Assembly: GCA_964016885.1 (NCBI GenBank)
Contig: OZ024741.1
Span: 344,472,001 to 344,536,000 of the forward strand
DNA: 64,000 bases
Source: Eledone cirrhosa
Taxonomy: Eukaryota
Direction: 5' to 3'
Both the position numbers and the translations under genes were made by a program. Under the pieces are notes generated by a model. The model made no database searches, was not told where the DNA came from, and saw nothing but the letters and a program-made list of their open reading frames with translations. Below, in pieces: positions 63,956-64,000 of this stretch; position 1 is the stretch's first letter, and every line of letters starts with the position of its first letter.

Positions 63956-64000
63956 AAAAGGACGAGGTGTTAAATCTTCATTACATTTAATTAGGTGTGA

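Overview
AT-rich, repeat-saturated eukaryotic DNA with no recognisable intact host gene. The SINE families and (TA)n density suggest an invertebrate, probably a cephalopod (inference). The main signal is a tandem array of about 4.4 near-identical 541-bp units (801-3158). Each complete unit carries an intact type I hammerhead ribozyme (CUGAUGA/GAAA core, GUA cleavage triplet), which fits a retrozyme or Penelope-derived system that could yield circular RNA. At least six more complete or decayed hammerheads and several half-hammerhead hairpins are dispersed through the window. Nearly all lie in short (TA)n-flanked elements, often with inverted arms, resembling Penelope-like pseudo-LTR remnants. 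Other content: two tail-to-tail Helitrons (one with a decayed Rep/Helicase gene), a GC-rich CRE-type non-LTR retrotransposon, RTE-type LINE fragments, Tc1/mariner relics, MITEs (one family with 6-bp TSDs) and many SINEs. About 16 kb (30.6-48.2 kb) of codon-like Thr-rich repeat reads as mucin on the minus strand but carries frameshifts that were copied during duplication. All coordinates were read by eye.
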